A DNA stretch of 64,000 nucleotides, taken from contig CASEYR010000002.1 in assembly GCA_949292205.1 (NCBI GenBank), positions 34,777 through 98,776 of the forward strand. Reading direction: 5' to 3'. Made by a program: the position numbers and the translations under genes. The notes below the pieces were generated by a model, which was not told the DNA's origin, made no database searches, and saw only the letters and a list, made by a program, of their open reading frames with translations. This DNA comes from an uncultured Alphaproteobacteria bacterium. Lineage in GTDB: Bacteria; Pseudomonadota; Alphaproteobacteria; CAAHEQ01; UBA3637. This document shows, piece by piece, positions 1 to 10,131 of the stretch (position 1 is its first letter; each line of letters begins with the position of its first letter).

Positions 1-590
1 GCCCCTTTGGAAGCGTTATCGTCGGCAGAAACATCCTCACTGCTTTGAGAATACCCGATTAAAATTGAATTCCGAACATTATCCATAGTTGGCGTAGCAA
101 CCAAGACAGGATTTTGCTCCATATACCACAACACGGTATTACCGTTATCATCCACCGACTGAATATCCCCGCTGGTATTTGCAATCAGCTGAAAAATTTG
201 TTCCGAAGGCGCATAATATCCGGCAAACATGGTCATTGTAATATTTTCCGGAGCACCGGGAATATTAAAGCCAGCCAAGGAAACAGATTCTCTGGCGCGT
301 TTCGGGCTTTGTTTTAAGATCAAATCAACGACGGCAGGATTACCTCTGCGGATAGCCAACTGCAATAAATTACCACCACACTTGATGCTGGGATCATCCA
401 TTTGACCCCCCCGTTCCATCAATTGTTGAACATCTTTGGCATCACGCACGGTTCGGATTAATTCTTGCAACGGGGTATAATCGCAATCTAACAAATTATA
501 ATCACCACCTCTTCTCCGCGGAGCCGCCTCTACCATAACAGTGGATAAACAAATAGCCCCAACCATAAATGCAAGCAAACTTTTTTTCAT
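1..590 (-). CDS. Secreted ankyrin-repeat-like protein (runs off the window edge)
   Basis: Not in the ORF track; hand-translated MKKSLLAFMVGAICLSTVMVEA (signal peptide)...TPLQELI...GGNLLQLAIRRGNPAVVDLILK...DDNGNTVLWY; GGAGG RBS at 596-600; open to position 1. Confidence 0.7.
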   Translation of the reverse strand, partial: MKKSLLAFMVGAICLSTVMVEAAPRRRGGDYNLLDCDYTPLQELIRTVRDAKDVQQLMERGGQMDDPSIKCGGNLLQLAIRRGNPAVVDLILKQSPKRARESVSLAGFNIPGAPENITMTMFAGYYAPSEQIFQLIANTSGDIQSVDDNGNTVLWYMEQNPVLVATPTMDNVRNSILIGYSQSSEDVSADDNASKG

Positions 591-604
591 CTATACCTCC
601 ATGA

Positions 605-1231
605 TTACTTTACTTTCTGATAAGGATTTTGAAATAAAAAGACGTTTTTGTCAACAGGAATATTCACTTTTGTATCAAAAAGAGAAACCGTTGACTTAAT
701 CCCTTGAATATCCAATACATCCCATTGTTTTAATTGCATTGTCTCTTTATCAATAACTAACGTCAAGCTTCCCAGCTCTTTCGCATCTTTTTTATGAGCC
801 GTCACATAATATTCATCCAAGACATCTTGAACATCCGTTACCACAAAACGCGGATCATCAAATTTCAATTTTTTTCGTAAAATCATCTCCACCGGCGTTT
901 GGTTCAGCTCGAAATAGCTAACTTCTTTAGCCTCTTTATCGTGATAGATTAAGAACCCGTCCGAGGCATAAAACTCAAGTGGAGAACCTTTTTCATACAC
1001 CAGTCGCATTTGCCCCGGTCTGGATAAATAGAGGACACCGGTCTGTAAATCATCTTCGGATTTTGAGTTAAACTGAGCAAATTTAGCTTCCAGTGTTTTA
1101 ATTTTATTATAAGCCTGTTCGACTTGTTGCAGTATTTTTCTATTTTCGGCCGTATCAATTTTACGATCCAAGACAGCACCGGCAGAGCAACTGATTCCGA
1201 GAGCAATAAGGCAAAAAAACAATCTAATCAT
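605..1231 (-). CDS. lolA: Outer-membrane lipoprotein carrier LolA
   Basis: Signal peptide, A-x-F-x-Q, LSRPGQMRLVY motif; directly downstream of ftsK. Confidence 0.85.
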   Translation of the reverse strand: MIRLFFCLIALGISCSAGAVLDRKIDTAENRKILQQVEQAYNKIKTLEAKFAQFNSKSEDDLQTGVLYLSRPGQMRLVYEKGSPLEFYASDGFLIYHDKEAKEVSYFELNQTPVEMILRKKLKFDDPRFVVTDVQDVLDEYYVTAHKKDAKELGSLTLVIDKETMQLKQWDVLDIQGIKSTVSLFDTKVNIPVDKNVFLFQNPYQKVK

Positions 1232-1249
1232 TTTATATATCCTTTAAAG

Positions 1250-3415
1250 TTAAGCATTATCCGTCGGCACTAAGATTTCGCGTTTTCCGGCGATATTGGG
1301 TTTAGAAATGATACCTTCGGCTTCCATTCTGTCAATCAAGTCGGCAGCCCGATTATATCCGATACGCAATTGCCGTTGGACATAGCTGGTTGACACCTTT
1401 TTATCTCGCAAAACGATAGCGACGGCCTTGTCATACAAATCCCCACCCTCTCCGACAGAGTTTCCGACGGAAGCGCCATCCCCATATCCGGCAGGGGAGC
1501 CTTCTGTTGTTTCCGTGATGACAGCATCCAAGTATTGCGGTTCACCTTGGCTTCTCCAGTGAGCCGCAACACGTTCGACTTCCTCGTCACTGACAAACGG
1601 GCCGTGAATCCGCAGAGGTTTTGAGCCTGCCGGTCGGTAGAGCATATCCCCGCGTCCCAAGAGTTGTTCAGCACCTTGTTCATCCAAGATCGTCCGGCTG
1701 TCAATTTTGTTAGTTACCTGAAAGGAGATACGTGTGGGGAAGTTCGCTTTAATCAATCCGGTAATAACATCGACGCTGGGGCGCTGCGTTGCCAGAATCA
1801 AGTGAATACCGACGGCACGAGCCATCTGAGCCAAACGCAAGATCGGCGGTTCAGCTTCTTTACCGCACTGCCCCATCAAGTCGGACATTTCATCAACGAT
1901 CATTACGATATACGGGAGAGGCGTTAAGTCCAAGACTTGCTCTTCCATAATAGGCTTACCGGTTTCGGGATTAAAGCCGGTTTGAACACGTCGCGTCAAC
2001 ACCTGCCCATCACGAGCAGCTTGCCGCAGTTTTTGATTATAACCGTCAATATTACGAACGCCGAGCTGACTCATAGCCCGATAGCGATCTTCCATTTCCC
2101 GAACGGCCCACTTCAAAGCGACAACAGCCTTCGGAGCCTCCGTAACCACAGGTGTCAACAGATGAGGGATATTATTATAGACAGATAGTTCCACCATTTT
2201 CGGGTCGACTAAAATCAAGCGGCATTCTGCGGGTGTAAAGCGGTATAGTAGAGAGAGGATCATTGTATTGATCCCGACGGATTTACCGGAGCCGGTTGTT
2301 CCGGCGACCAACAAGTGAGGCATTTTTGTCAGATCTGCATAAACAGGCCGTCCGCCAATATCCTTTCCCAAAATCAAGGGCAGAGCCCCTGTATTACTTT
2401 TGAATTTAACGGATTCGACTAATTCGCGAATATAGACCATATCCCGTTTGGGATTCGGCATTTCAATACCGATAACGTTTGACCCCGGAACAACGGCGAT
2501 ACGAACGGAAACAGCCCGCATTTCCCGAGCAATATCATCAGACAAAGCAATAACGCGAGACGTCTTCACACCGGAAGCCGGTTCAAATTCATAGAGTGTT
2601 ACCACAGGCCCTGGGTTAGCCCCAACAATCTGTCCCATAATTCCGAATTGTTGCAAAACAGCTTCCAACGCACGTGAAATTGTTGCCATTGTTTCCTTTG
2701 AAATCGTATTTCCGGTTACTTTAGCCGGATTCAACATAGTAACGGAAGGTAATTGATAGGGATTGCTTGCCGATGACAGTGTTTGTTTTTTAGGAGCAAC
2801 CACTTCTTTGTCGGCGGGTTCCGCTTTAGCTTTTTTCCGCACGCGAATTTTCTTCAAGGGTTCAACAACTTGTTCGGCCTGCTTTAAAACAGGGAGCAAC
2901 CGTTTCATAATCGGCAAGACACGGACAAGTCCGGCGGCACACCGCCGAACGGGCAAGCACAATGCATAAACAGCCACAATCGCCCATATTCCCCATAAAA
3001 CAGCACGCAGCCAGCCCAAAGAAATAACGCCCCAACGCCCCAGATAAAAGCCCACAAATCCTCCGGTTGAAGCTTTTAAGAAGTGCGTATCGGCCATCGG
3101 TTCATATTTAGCGGACAACCAACAGCCCAAGAGTAAAGCCACCAAAAAGAAGACAACTCTCCGTCTGATATTTTCCCCTTTCAGGATAAGGAAAGCCCAA
3201 GAAAAACAAGCGCAAATGAACAAGAGAGTCATCACGCCGATACCCTGCCACAGCACATCGCTGATGATAGCGCCGATGTGTCCCATCCAATTTTCAATAG
3301 TTTCAGAAGCCGTATTCCACGACGCATCACCGGCCTGATAAGAAAAACAAGCCAGAGTCAAAAACACCCCCATTCCGAAAGCAAGACCCGCTCTAAAAAA
3401 TCTAGTAAATTGCAT
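1250..3415 (-). CDS. ftsK: DNA translocase FtsK
   Basis: N-terminal TM region, PHLLVAGTTGSGKS Walker A, IVDEMSDL, LATQRPSVDVITG, gamma domain (QRQLRIGYNRAA). Confidence 0.97.
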   Translation of the reverse strand: MQFTRFFRAGLAFGMGVFLTLACFSYQAGDASWNTASETIENWMGHIGAIISDVLWQGIGVMTLLFICACFSWAFLILKGENIRRRVVFFLVALLLGCWLSAKYEPMADTHFLKASTGGFVGFYLGRWGVISLGWLRAVLWGIWAIVAVYALCLPVRRCAAGLVRVLPIMKRLLPVLKQAEQVVEPLKKIRVRKKAKAEPADKEVVAPKKQTLSSASNPYQLPSVTMLNPAKVTGNTISKETMATISRALEAVLQQFGIMGQIVGANPGPVVTLYEFEPASGVKTSRVIALSDDIAREMRAVSVRIAVVPGSNVIGIEMPNPKRDMVYIRELVESVKFKSNTGALPLILGKDIGGRPVYADLTKMPHLLVAGTTGSGKSVGINTMILSLLYRFTPAECRLILVDPKMVELSVYNNIPHLLTPVVTEAPKAVVALKWAVREMEDRYRAMSQLGVRNIDGYNQKLRQAARDGQVLTRRVQTGFNPETGKPIMEEQVLDLTPLPYIVMIVDEMSDLMGQCGKEAEPPILRLAQMARAVGIHLILATQRPSVDVITGLIKANFPTRISFQVTNKIDSRTILDEQGAEQLLGRGDMLYRPAGSKPLRIHGPFVSDEEVERVAAHWRSQGEPQYLDAVITETTEGSPAGYGDGASVGNSVGEGGDLYDKAVAIVLRDKKVSTSYVQRQLRIGYNRAADLIDRMEAEGIISKPNIAGKREILVPTDNA

Positions 3416-4064
3416 GACCTTTACTCCTTACCTGTTCTAATGTTTCCCGCATAACCGGAATTGTAATACGGCGTCCCTCGGCCAAAGACAAAGCATCAGC
3501 CGTCTGGATAACATCTTGAATTTCCCGAAAAGAGCGAGCCATATGTCTGACGGCATAAGAAATAACCGCCTCATCAACCCAGATATGTCGCTCTTCAAAA
3601 GCCTTTTGCAGAACCTCAAAAACGAACCGTTCATCCGGCATGGATATAGCGGCTTTCGGAACAGTCATCATCCGAGATCGTAAATCGGGCAGATGAAAAG
3701 TCGGAATATATTTAGCGGTTAGCAACAGAAAGCCCCCCAAATCCCGAACAAAGTTAAACAGATGGAACAAAGCCACCTCACTGGCCAACTCTTCCAGATT
3801 TTCAACAACGATTTTTTTTTGAAAAAAGGGCATAAAATCATCTGTCAAATCCCGTGCTTCCATTTTGTATTCGGAAAAGATGCGCGCCAGATGAGTCTTA
3901 CCCGAACCGGTTTCGCCATAGATTAAGACAGCCGGAACAGGCCAATTCGGGAACTTATCAATCCAAGAAACCGCCTCACGATTACACGGAGCCACCATAA
4001 AATCTTCCCGCCCGAAAGCCTTTCGGTATGACAAAGCCAACGGTAATTGAATCAACTCCCTCAT
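3402..4064 (-). CDS. hda: DnaA regulatory inactivator Hda/HdaA-like ATPase
   Basis: N-terminal clamp-binding QLPLAL, GETGSGKT, LFHLFN, LPDLRSR; conserved DUF2066-AI-2E-hda order. Confidence 0.85.
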   Translation of the reverse strand: MRELIQLPLALSYRKAFGREDFMVAPCNREAVSWIDKFPNWPVPAVLIYGETGSGKTHLARIFSEYKMEARDLTDDFMPFFQKKIVVENLEELASEVALFHLFNFVRDLGGFLLLTAKYIPTFHLPDLRSRMMTVPKAAISMPDERFVFEVLQKAFEERHIWVDEAVISYAVRHMARSFREIQDVIQTADALSLAEGRRITIPVMRETLEQVRSKGHAIY

Positions 4065-5134
4065 TTTGACTCGACTTTCCCCGTATAGAAAGACGTCTTT
4101 TTATACCAACGCAATCCTCGACGCAACAAGACACCAATGACGGCAGCAACAGGGACAGCGATTAAAATCCCTAGGAATCCGGATAAAACACCGCCGGCCA
4201 ACAAAGCAAAGATAACCCAAACAGGGTGCAATCCCACTCTGTTTCCGACAAGATAGGGGGTTAGAATATAGCTTTCCAAAATCTGTCCCAAGCTAAAGAC
4301 AACGGCCAACTCACCCCATTGAGCCAAGCTAAAGCCCTGCATAAAGCCCAAGAATAAACTTAAAATCAAACCCGACCCAAATCCGAAATAGGGAACAAAG
4401 GACAATAATCCGGATAACATACCAACCAAGATACCGAAATCCAGACCAACTAGGGACAACCCGACGCCATAGAAAAAGCCCAAGATAACACAAACCATAG
4501 CTTGCCCACGAATAAATCCGGCTAACGTTGTATTGATTTCCTTCCACACGGAAGCAACCTCTTTTTCTTTATCTTTCGGAACCAACTCTTTGATTTGCAT
4601 TTGAACTTCTCTCCAATCTCGCAAGACATAAAACAGGACAACGGGTGTAATCACGATTAACGCCAACATATTAAAGACGGCAATACCACTGGATAAAACG
4701 CGACTGATACTTGAACCGATAGCATTCAAAACACTGATAACCGATTGGCTGACGGCATCAGATAATTCAGCCATCTGAGACGGAGACATATTTTCCTTTG
4801 TATAGAGTAAAATCGTTTTCAAATGATTCCAGACAGAGGCGGAAAATTGAGGGATACGCCGCATAAAATCAAGCACTTGAGCTTGTAAGACAGGAACGAT
4901 AATCAAAAAGACAGCGACGACAAACAGGCAAAAGCCGGTTACGACAAGACTGGTTGCAACCCCTCGCCCCAACCGCCACTTTTCCAATCGAACGACGATC
5001 GGATGCAGGATATAAGCCAACACAAAGGCAAGAATGAACGGCATTAAAACCGACTCAACGGCAACCGTAAACCACAGCAAGACGATAACGGCAAGAGTCA
5101 AAATCACATTTGTTTTTGTCAGATAAGCTTTCAT
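4061..5134 (-). CDS. AI-2E (PerM-like) family transporter
   Basis: Multiple TM helices, FIRGQ, FVPYFG, LTPYLVGNRVGLHPVW motifs. Confidence 0.9.
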   Translation of the reverse strand: MKAYLTKTNVILTLAVIVLLWFTVAVESVLMPFILAFVLAYILHPIVVRLEKWRLGRGVATSLVVTGFCLFVVAVFLIIVPVLQAQVLDFMRRIPQFSASVWNHLKTILLYTKENMSPSQMAELSDAVSQSVISVLNAIGSSISRVLSSGIAVFNMLALIVITPVVLFYVLRDWREVQMQIKELVPKDKEKEVASVWKEINTTLAGFIRGQAMVCVILGFFYGVGLSLVGLDFGILVGMLSGLLSFVPYFGFGSGLILSLFLGFMQGFSLAQWGELAVVFSLGQILESYILTPYLVGNRVGLHPVWVIFALLAGGVLSGFLGILIAVPVAAVIGVLLRRGLRWYKKTSFYTGKVESK

Positions 5135-6216
5135 TCTACAAACACTCCTTCCGTTTCAACAGGCACACGTACCAGCTCCCACGCACCGCTTCCGGGCAAC
5201 GGACGAACCCGCATACCAATACTTCGTAAAGCAGCATCTAACTGCTCACCGGCTCCCTTATATCGCAAAGCAGCCAACACCTGTCTTGGACGAAAAGCGC
5301 GAACCTCAACACCGTTCAAAAAGCCGGATTTCAATAAATCGGTATAAATGGATTGCCATTCCTGAATTGTTTCAATCGGAACACTAACCCAGAACATACT
5401 CGGAGTTGTCAAATCATTTGTTCTGGCGCGACGCCAAGCTGTTTCAATCTGAGCCAAACTTTTTCGCCACATTCTGGGCAAATCCGGGGCAACATCTCCA
5501 CTGGGAACAATCACTTGAAATTCCTGTCGTTCCAAAGCTTCTTTATCGGCAGGAATCGTCCATGTGCGAACGGTTACGGAGGGACCAAGTTGCTCAAGGG
5601 CAAAAAAGAAGACCCGCTCGGCACCGTATTTTTTCAATAGAGGCTCCCACCCCTCTTCGGCGCCAACATCCCAGAGTTCCTGAACCAAGACGACATCTTC
5701 TCCATCTCCGGTTGGGACATTAACTTCAAACAGAGGATTATTATTTTCCATTTGTTTCAGGAAGATAAAGACAGGATTATCTTCTTCTAACAGTTCCACC
5801 TTTTCGCCTTTTTTAAAGACGGGAATAACCACATAAGGAGGCGGAGCCTGAATCAAGAAAGGGACTTGATTTTGAGTCAAAAAATCCTGAGTTTCTTTTG
5901 GTTTAAAGCGAACCGAGATTGTTGCCATATACTTGGTATCGGTTGTTTTTTCATTGGACACGGACACATTTTGGACCAAATTAACGACTTCATCTTGGCT
6001 CAAAACAGGAACCTTCTGCAATTCAGAGGGAGTAGTCATTTTACGCATCAGTTGCCAAAAAGCCTCTGTTTGACCATTCGCCAAAGCGACTTCTCTGGCT
6101 TCATTAGCACTACTCAATTCAGCGGCAACAGGAATACCTGAAACCTGATACAAATCAGCTTTAGCCCCACCGGCACATAACATCATACCATATAACAAAA
6201 ATATAAATTTTTTCAT
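5131..6216 (-). CDS. DUF2066-like exported protein
   Basis: Probable start MKKFIF at 6216 with signal peptide; LYQVSGIPV..AREVALANGQ..AF pattern; synteny with AI-2E/hda. Confidence 0.7.
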   Translation of the reverse strand: MKKFIFLLYGMMLCAGGAKADLYQVSGIPVAAELSSANEAREVALANGQTEAFWQLMRKMTTPSELQKVPVLSQDEVVNLVQNVSVSNEKTTDTKYMATISVRFKPKETQDFLTQNQVPFLIQAPPPYVVIPVFKKGEKVELLEEDNPVFIFLKQMENNNPLFEVNVPTGDGEDVVLVQELWDVGAEEGWEPLLKKYGAERVFFFALEQLGPSVTVRTWTIPADKEALERQEFQVIVPSGDVAPDLPRMWRKSLAQIETAWRRARTNDLTTPSMFWVSVPIETIQEWQSIYTDLLKSGFLNGVEVRAFRPRQVLAALRYKGAGEQLDAALRSIGMRVRPLPGSGAWELVRVPVETEGVFVE

Positions 6217-6313
6217 TCTGAATACACTTTTTTCATTGAAGACGCATTTGTTTACTGGTATCTTACCAAAAGAATTAACAAAGAGCAACCCCTTTTATGA
6301 AAGGAATCAAGAT

Positions 6314-6667
6314 ATGGAATACAATGCCAACAATGTTTTTGCCAAGATTCTCCGCGGAGAAATCCCCTGTCAAAAGATCTATGAGGATGACTTTGCCCTT
6401 TCCTTTTATGACATCAACCCGAAAGCCAAGGTTCATGCGCTGGTCATTTCAAAAGGAATGTTTACGGATTACAATGATTTTGTCGGACATTCAACGGATG
6501 ACGAGATTGCGGGTTTTTCCCGAGCCATTTTAAAGACGGCCGAGATTTTAAAATTGGAAGAAAGCGGATATCGGATTGTTTTCAATACAGGCAAAGATTC
6601 GGGACAAGAAGTGCCACACCTTCATGCCCACATTTTGGGCGGAGAGAAATTATCCACTCAATTATAA
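6314..6667 (+). CDS. Histidine triad nucleotide-binding protein (HinT-like)
   Basis: YNANNVFAKILRGEIP and GQEVPHLHAHILGG HIT motif; AAGGA RBS before ATG 6314. Confidence 0.93.
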   Translation: MEYNANNVFAKILRGEIPCQKIYEDDFALSFYDINPKAKVHALVISKGMFTDYNDFVGHSTDDEIAGFSRAILKTAEILKLEESGYRIVFNTGKDSGQEVPHLHAHILGGEKLSTQL

Positions 6668-6690
6668 GTATCAAGTTGTTGAATTGACCA

Positions 6691-6718
6691 CATTCCCTCG
6701 GCAGATACCAAGGGAATG
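6691..6718. terminator. Hairpin downstream of HIT gene
   Basis: CATTCCCTCGG-cagata-CCAAGGGAATG; no clear U-tract. Confidence 0.4.
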
Positions 6719-6936
6719 AGATGAAGAAGAATTATTTTGTAATTACACAATAGATGAAAAAATCAACTTAATAATTACAAAGTAGTTCTTTTTTTACATA
6801 TAAGACCCGTCAAACTATCTCCCCAAAAGGTATCCTGAATTGGTAATTAAGAAAAAACAGACGACTGTTTCACAAAGCAGAAAAAAGACTTGTATTTTAA
6901 TTAAAAATCTGGTCAGATAGAGAAAAGGAGAAAAAA

Positions 6937-8931
6937 ATGACTGGCTCAATAACCGGACGGAATGTATTACCCAATCAAGTCATGCGTATAGCCGAACTAA
7001 CCGCCGCAAAGCCATGGCCAAACGCGGACTGTCCATTAATCACAACCGATATGTTGCGAAAACAACAGTTTCCCCAAAAGTTATCTGTTTTAGTAGGTAA
7101 TATAACCGAAGAAAAATTAAAAGAATTATTAAATACCTCTATATCCTGCATTCTTGATGCAAATGCATTAGAAGAATCTATTCAAGATTTTTCTTTGCAA
7201 GCGGAAAAACATACATCTCGCTATTTTCTCGGCGTATTACTAACATGCCCCGTTATTTATGCTTGTGATGTCGCCCGTATTTTTGTGGACGCAATACAAC
7301 GCCGACTGTTTTTTTCTCAAAAAAGAATGGAAGGGATTCATCTGGCGTTGCATGAATCTATCGTGAACGGCCTCATCCATGGAAATCTTCAATTATCCAG
7401 TAAATTACGTCAATCTGCACGCGATTTTGTTGAGTATGCACGCCTTTTAAATGAAAGATTGAACGATCCTGCCTATGCTCAAAAATCAATCAGCCTCTGT
7501 GCTGCATGGGACGATGAACGACTTGAAATCAAAATTCGAGATGAAGGGGCAGGCTATGCTGCTATGCCGACAATGCCGTCTACCTCCCAACCCGTTCGCT
7601 CTAAATCCGGACGAGGTCTGCGTATTATTGCAGGAACGGCAGATTCATGTACCATTGACGATTTCGGGCGAGAAATTACACTTTCTTTTTTACTTAACGA
7701 AAGACAAGAAATATTTCCGATTACCGAAAACTGGACAGATGATCCGATACCATCATCGCGTATTAAGCAACCGGATTTATCCAAGTGTCGCGTTTTAATT
7801 ATGGAAGATAATCTTAGTAATCAAGCCGTATTGGTTCGTTTGTTAAATGTTGTCGGAATTACACATATTGAAACGGCGACAGATGGCATAGAGGGATTGC
7901 ATAAAGTATTATCATACAAGCCGGATTTGATTATTCTGGACATTACAATGCCCCGAATGAACGGACACGAGGTTCTTTATCATTTAAAATCAACCCCAGA
8001 AACCCGATCCATTCCGGTTTTGGTTCAAACAGCCTCCGATACACGAGAAATGCGAGAAAAAGCATTTAGTTCGGGTGCAACGGATTTTATTACAAAGCCC
8101 GTTAATCCACTGGAGTTTTTTGCACGCGTTAAAGTCCATCTTGAAAATAGAACATTAATACGAAATTTGGAAAACCAATTAGGGCAAATTGAGACAGAAC
8201 TTCAAAGTGCTCGCCGGATGCAAATCAGCATGCTTCCCGGAAATAATCATATTGAGGAAGTGCGAAACCAATTTCATATTGATATTGCACATTATTTTTC
8301 CCCTTCATCTGCACTGGGCGGAGACTTTTGGCAAATGTTTCCTATTCGCGGTAGTCTGCTTGGTATTTACCTGTGTGATTTTTCAGGACATGGTGTTGCC
8401 GCCGCATTAAATACATTCCGACTACACGGTATTATTGCTCAAATCGAAAAACGAAAAATCTTCTCTCCCGCAGCTTTTCTGCAAGATTTAAACATACAAT
8501 TAGTCGATTTGCTCTCCCGTGGTCAATTTGCCACCTTTTTCTTTGGTATTTATGATCCGGAAAACGGTTTATTTTCGTATGCCGGGGCCGGTTCTCCACC
8601 ACCATTAATTCGCTCTGGAAAGAAAGTTAATCATCTGGATACGGCCGGATTACCTTTAGGCATTTCAAAAAATGCGACTTATTCGGATCAAAGCATTAAG
8701 TTTAGTCCCGGAGATACACTGTTTTTGTATAGTGATGCCTTAACCGAATCGCCCAATAAAGAGGGCGTTCGTTTAGGAAATGAAGGTTTTCAAAAATTAG
8801 CCTCTCCTTATTTCAAAAAGCCAACGGTTCAACAGGCATTAAGTGGTATTATGCATGACTTTTTCGAGTTTGCGCCACCGCCACCGCCGGATGATGTAAC
8901 CGCTGTTTTAATTCGAGCTCATCAAAAATGA
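6937..8931 (+). CDS. RsbW-like kinase / REC / SpoIIE (PP2C) hybrid regulator
   Basis: LHESIVNGLIHGN, IRDEGAG, SGRGL (HATPase); EDN, ILDITMP, FITKP (REC); LGGDF, DFSGHG, YSDALTE, DDVT (PP2C). Confidence 0.88.
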   Translation: MTGSITGRNVLPNQVMRIAELTAAKPWPNADCPLITTDMLRKQQFPQKLSVLVGNITEEKLKELLNTSISCILDANALEESIQDFSLQAEKHTSRYFLGVLLTCPVIYACDVARIFVDAIQRRLFFSQKRMEGIHLALHESIVNGLIHGNLQLSSKLRQSARDFVEYARLLNERLNDPAYAQKSISLCAAWDDERLEIKIRDEGAGYAAMPTMPSTSQPVRSKSGRGLRIIAGTADSCTIDDFGREITLSFLLNERQEIFPITENWTDDPIPSSRIKQPDLSKCRVLIMEDNLSNQAVLVRLLNVVGITHIETATDGIEGLHKVLSYKPDLIILDITMPRMNGHEVLYHLKSTPETRSIPVLVQTASDTREMREKAFSSGATDFITKPVNPLEFFARVKVHLENRTLIRNLENQLGQIETELQSARRMQISMLPGNNHIEEVRNQFHIDIAHYFSPSSALGGDFWQMFPIRGSLLGIYLCDFSGHGVAAALNTFRLHGIIAQIEKRKIFSPAAFLQDLNIQLVDLLSRGQFATFFFGIYDPENGLFSYAGAGSPPPLIRSGKKVNHLDTAGLPLGISKNATYSDQSIKFSPGDTLFLYSDALTESPNKEGVRLGNEGFQKLASPYFKKPTVQQALSGIMHDFFEFAPPPPPDDVTAVLIRAHQK

Positions 8932-9623
8932 TTCGTTTGTTCACACCTTATTCGATTAGCCCAAATCAATCCATTCCTCTTTCCGAGGCACAAGTTCATT
9001 ATTTGCTGCACGTGATGCGTCAGCTGGTTGGAAACCAAGTTGCCGTATTTAACGGGCATGATGGGGAATGGATATGCGATATTATGGAACTATCAAAAAA
9101 GCGTGGAATTCTGTTAGCTCGGAATCAAATCAAGAAACAGACGCAACTACCTGATTTAACACTCTGTCCGGCGTTAATCAAAAAGGAAAATATGGATTTT
9201 GTTTTTCAAAAAGCGACCGAGCTGGGGGTAACACATATCCGTCCTGTTTTAACACGACGAACGGTTGTTTCACGCTTGAATATGGATAGAAGCCGCATTC
9301 AAGTACAAGAAGCTGCCGAACAATGCGAACGCCTATCCGTTCCTGAAATTTCCGAACCAATACCATTAAAACAATTGCTAAAGGATTTACCTGAGGATAC
9401 GGTTTTAGTTTGTCTTTCCGAACGGGGAGAAACAACAGCAACCGTTCCCAAGAACCAGCCGGTTGCTTTTTTAGTTGGGCCTGAGGGCGGATTTACGGCA
9501 GAAGAGTTAGACGAGATTGCACATCGTCCGAATACGATTTTTTGTCATCTCGGTGATACGATTTTACGAGCCGAAACAGCATCGGTTGCCATTCTCAGTT
9601 GTTATCAATTCCGCATTTTTTAG
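8928..9623 (+). CDS. rsmE: 16S rRNA m3U1498 methyltransferase
   Basis: HYLLHVMR, QKATELG, EAAEQCER, VGPEGGF, ILRAETA. Confidence 0.95.
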   Translation: MIRLFTPYSISPNQSIPLSEAQVHYLLHVMRQLVGNQVAVFNGHDGEWICDIMELSKKRGILLARNQIKKQTQLPDLTLCPALIKKENMDFVFQKATELGVTHIRPVLTRRTVVSRLNMDRSRIQVQEAAEQCERLSVPEISEPIPLKQLLKDLPEDTVLVCLSERGETTATVPKNQPVAFLVGPEGGFTAEELDEIAHRPNTIFCHLGDTILRAETASVAILSCYQFRIF

Positions 9624-9925
9624 GCGTCAAACATTTTTTGAATCAGATTGATAATGTCTTTTCCGGTGCTTTCCGGCAGGACCCCCAATCGTTCAATTAA
9701 AGCAGTTTTAGGAATAGCACGAATCATATCCAATGCAATTTGCCCCTGTTGTCCTTTCAAACGAACGCCGATACGGCAGGGAAAAGAACGCTCAACCGTT
9801 GTAATAGGAGCAACAATAATATATGGTAGAACATCATTCATTTCGTTTGGAGAAACGACGATGCACGGTTTTGCCGATCCGCGTGAATCACACATAAAAA
9901 CTTCAAATCGTTTTACCATTCCCAC
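9620..9925 (-). CDS. PemK/MazF-family toxin, degenerate
   Basis: MVKRFEV..PCIVVSPNEMN..IIVAPITT..FPCRI..GQIALDMIRAI; lacks the usual DP..GxE loop and has K in place of the catalytic R. Confidence 0.8.
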   Translation of the reverse strand: MGMVKRFEVFMCDSRGSAKPCIVVSPNEMNDVLPYIIVAPITTVERSFPCRIGVRLKGQQGQIALDMIRAIPKTALIERLGVLPESTGKDIINLIQKMFDA

Positions 9926-10131
9926 TCTCCTTTTTCACGAACCGGATTTTGCTGAATATCCGCTTGGAACATTTCTTGCCACAACAACCGTCCTTCGCTA
10001 ACAGGCATCAACAAAACGCCACCGTTCTGAACCGTCATTTCAGCTTCGGCAGAAAAACCACATTCTTTAATAACAGCTTTTGGCAAGCGAATTCCCGTTG
10101 AATTTCCGATTTTAATTAATTTGACACGCAT
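9913..10131 (-). CDS. AbrB/MazE-family antitoxin
   Basis: KLIKIGNSTGIRLPK swapped-hairpin motif, C-terminal EWEW; overlaps the toxin start. Confidence 0.88.
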   Translation of the reverse strand: MRVKLIKIGNSTGIRLPKAVIKECGFSAEAEMTVQNGGVLLMPVSEGRLLWQEMFQADIQQNPVREKGEWEW

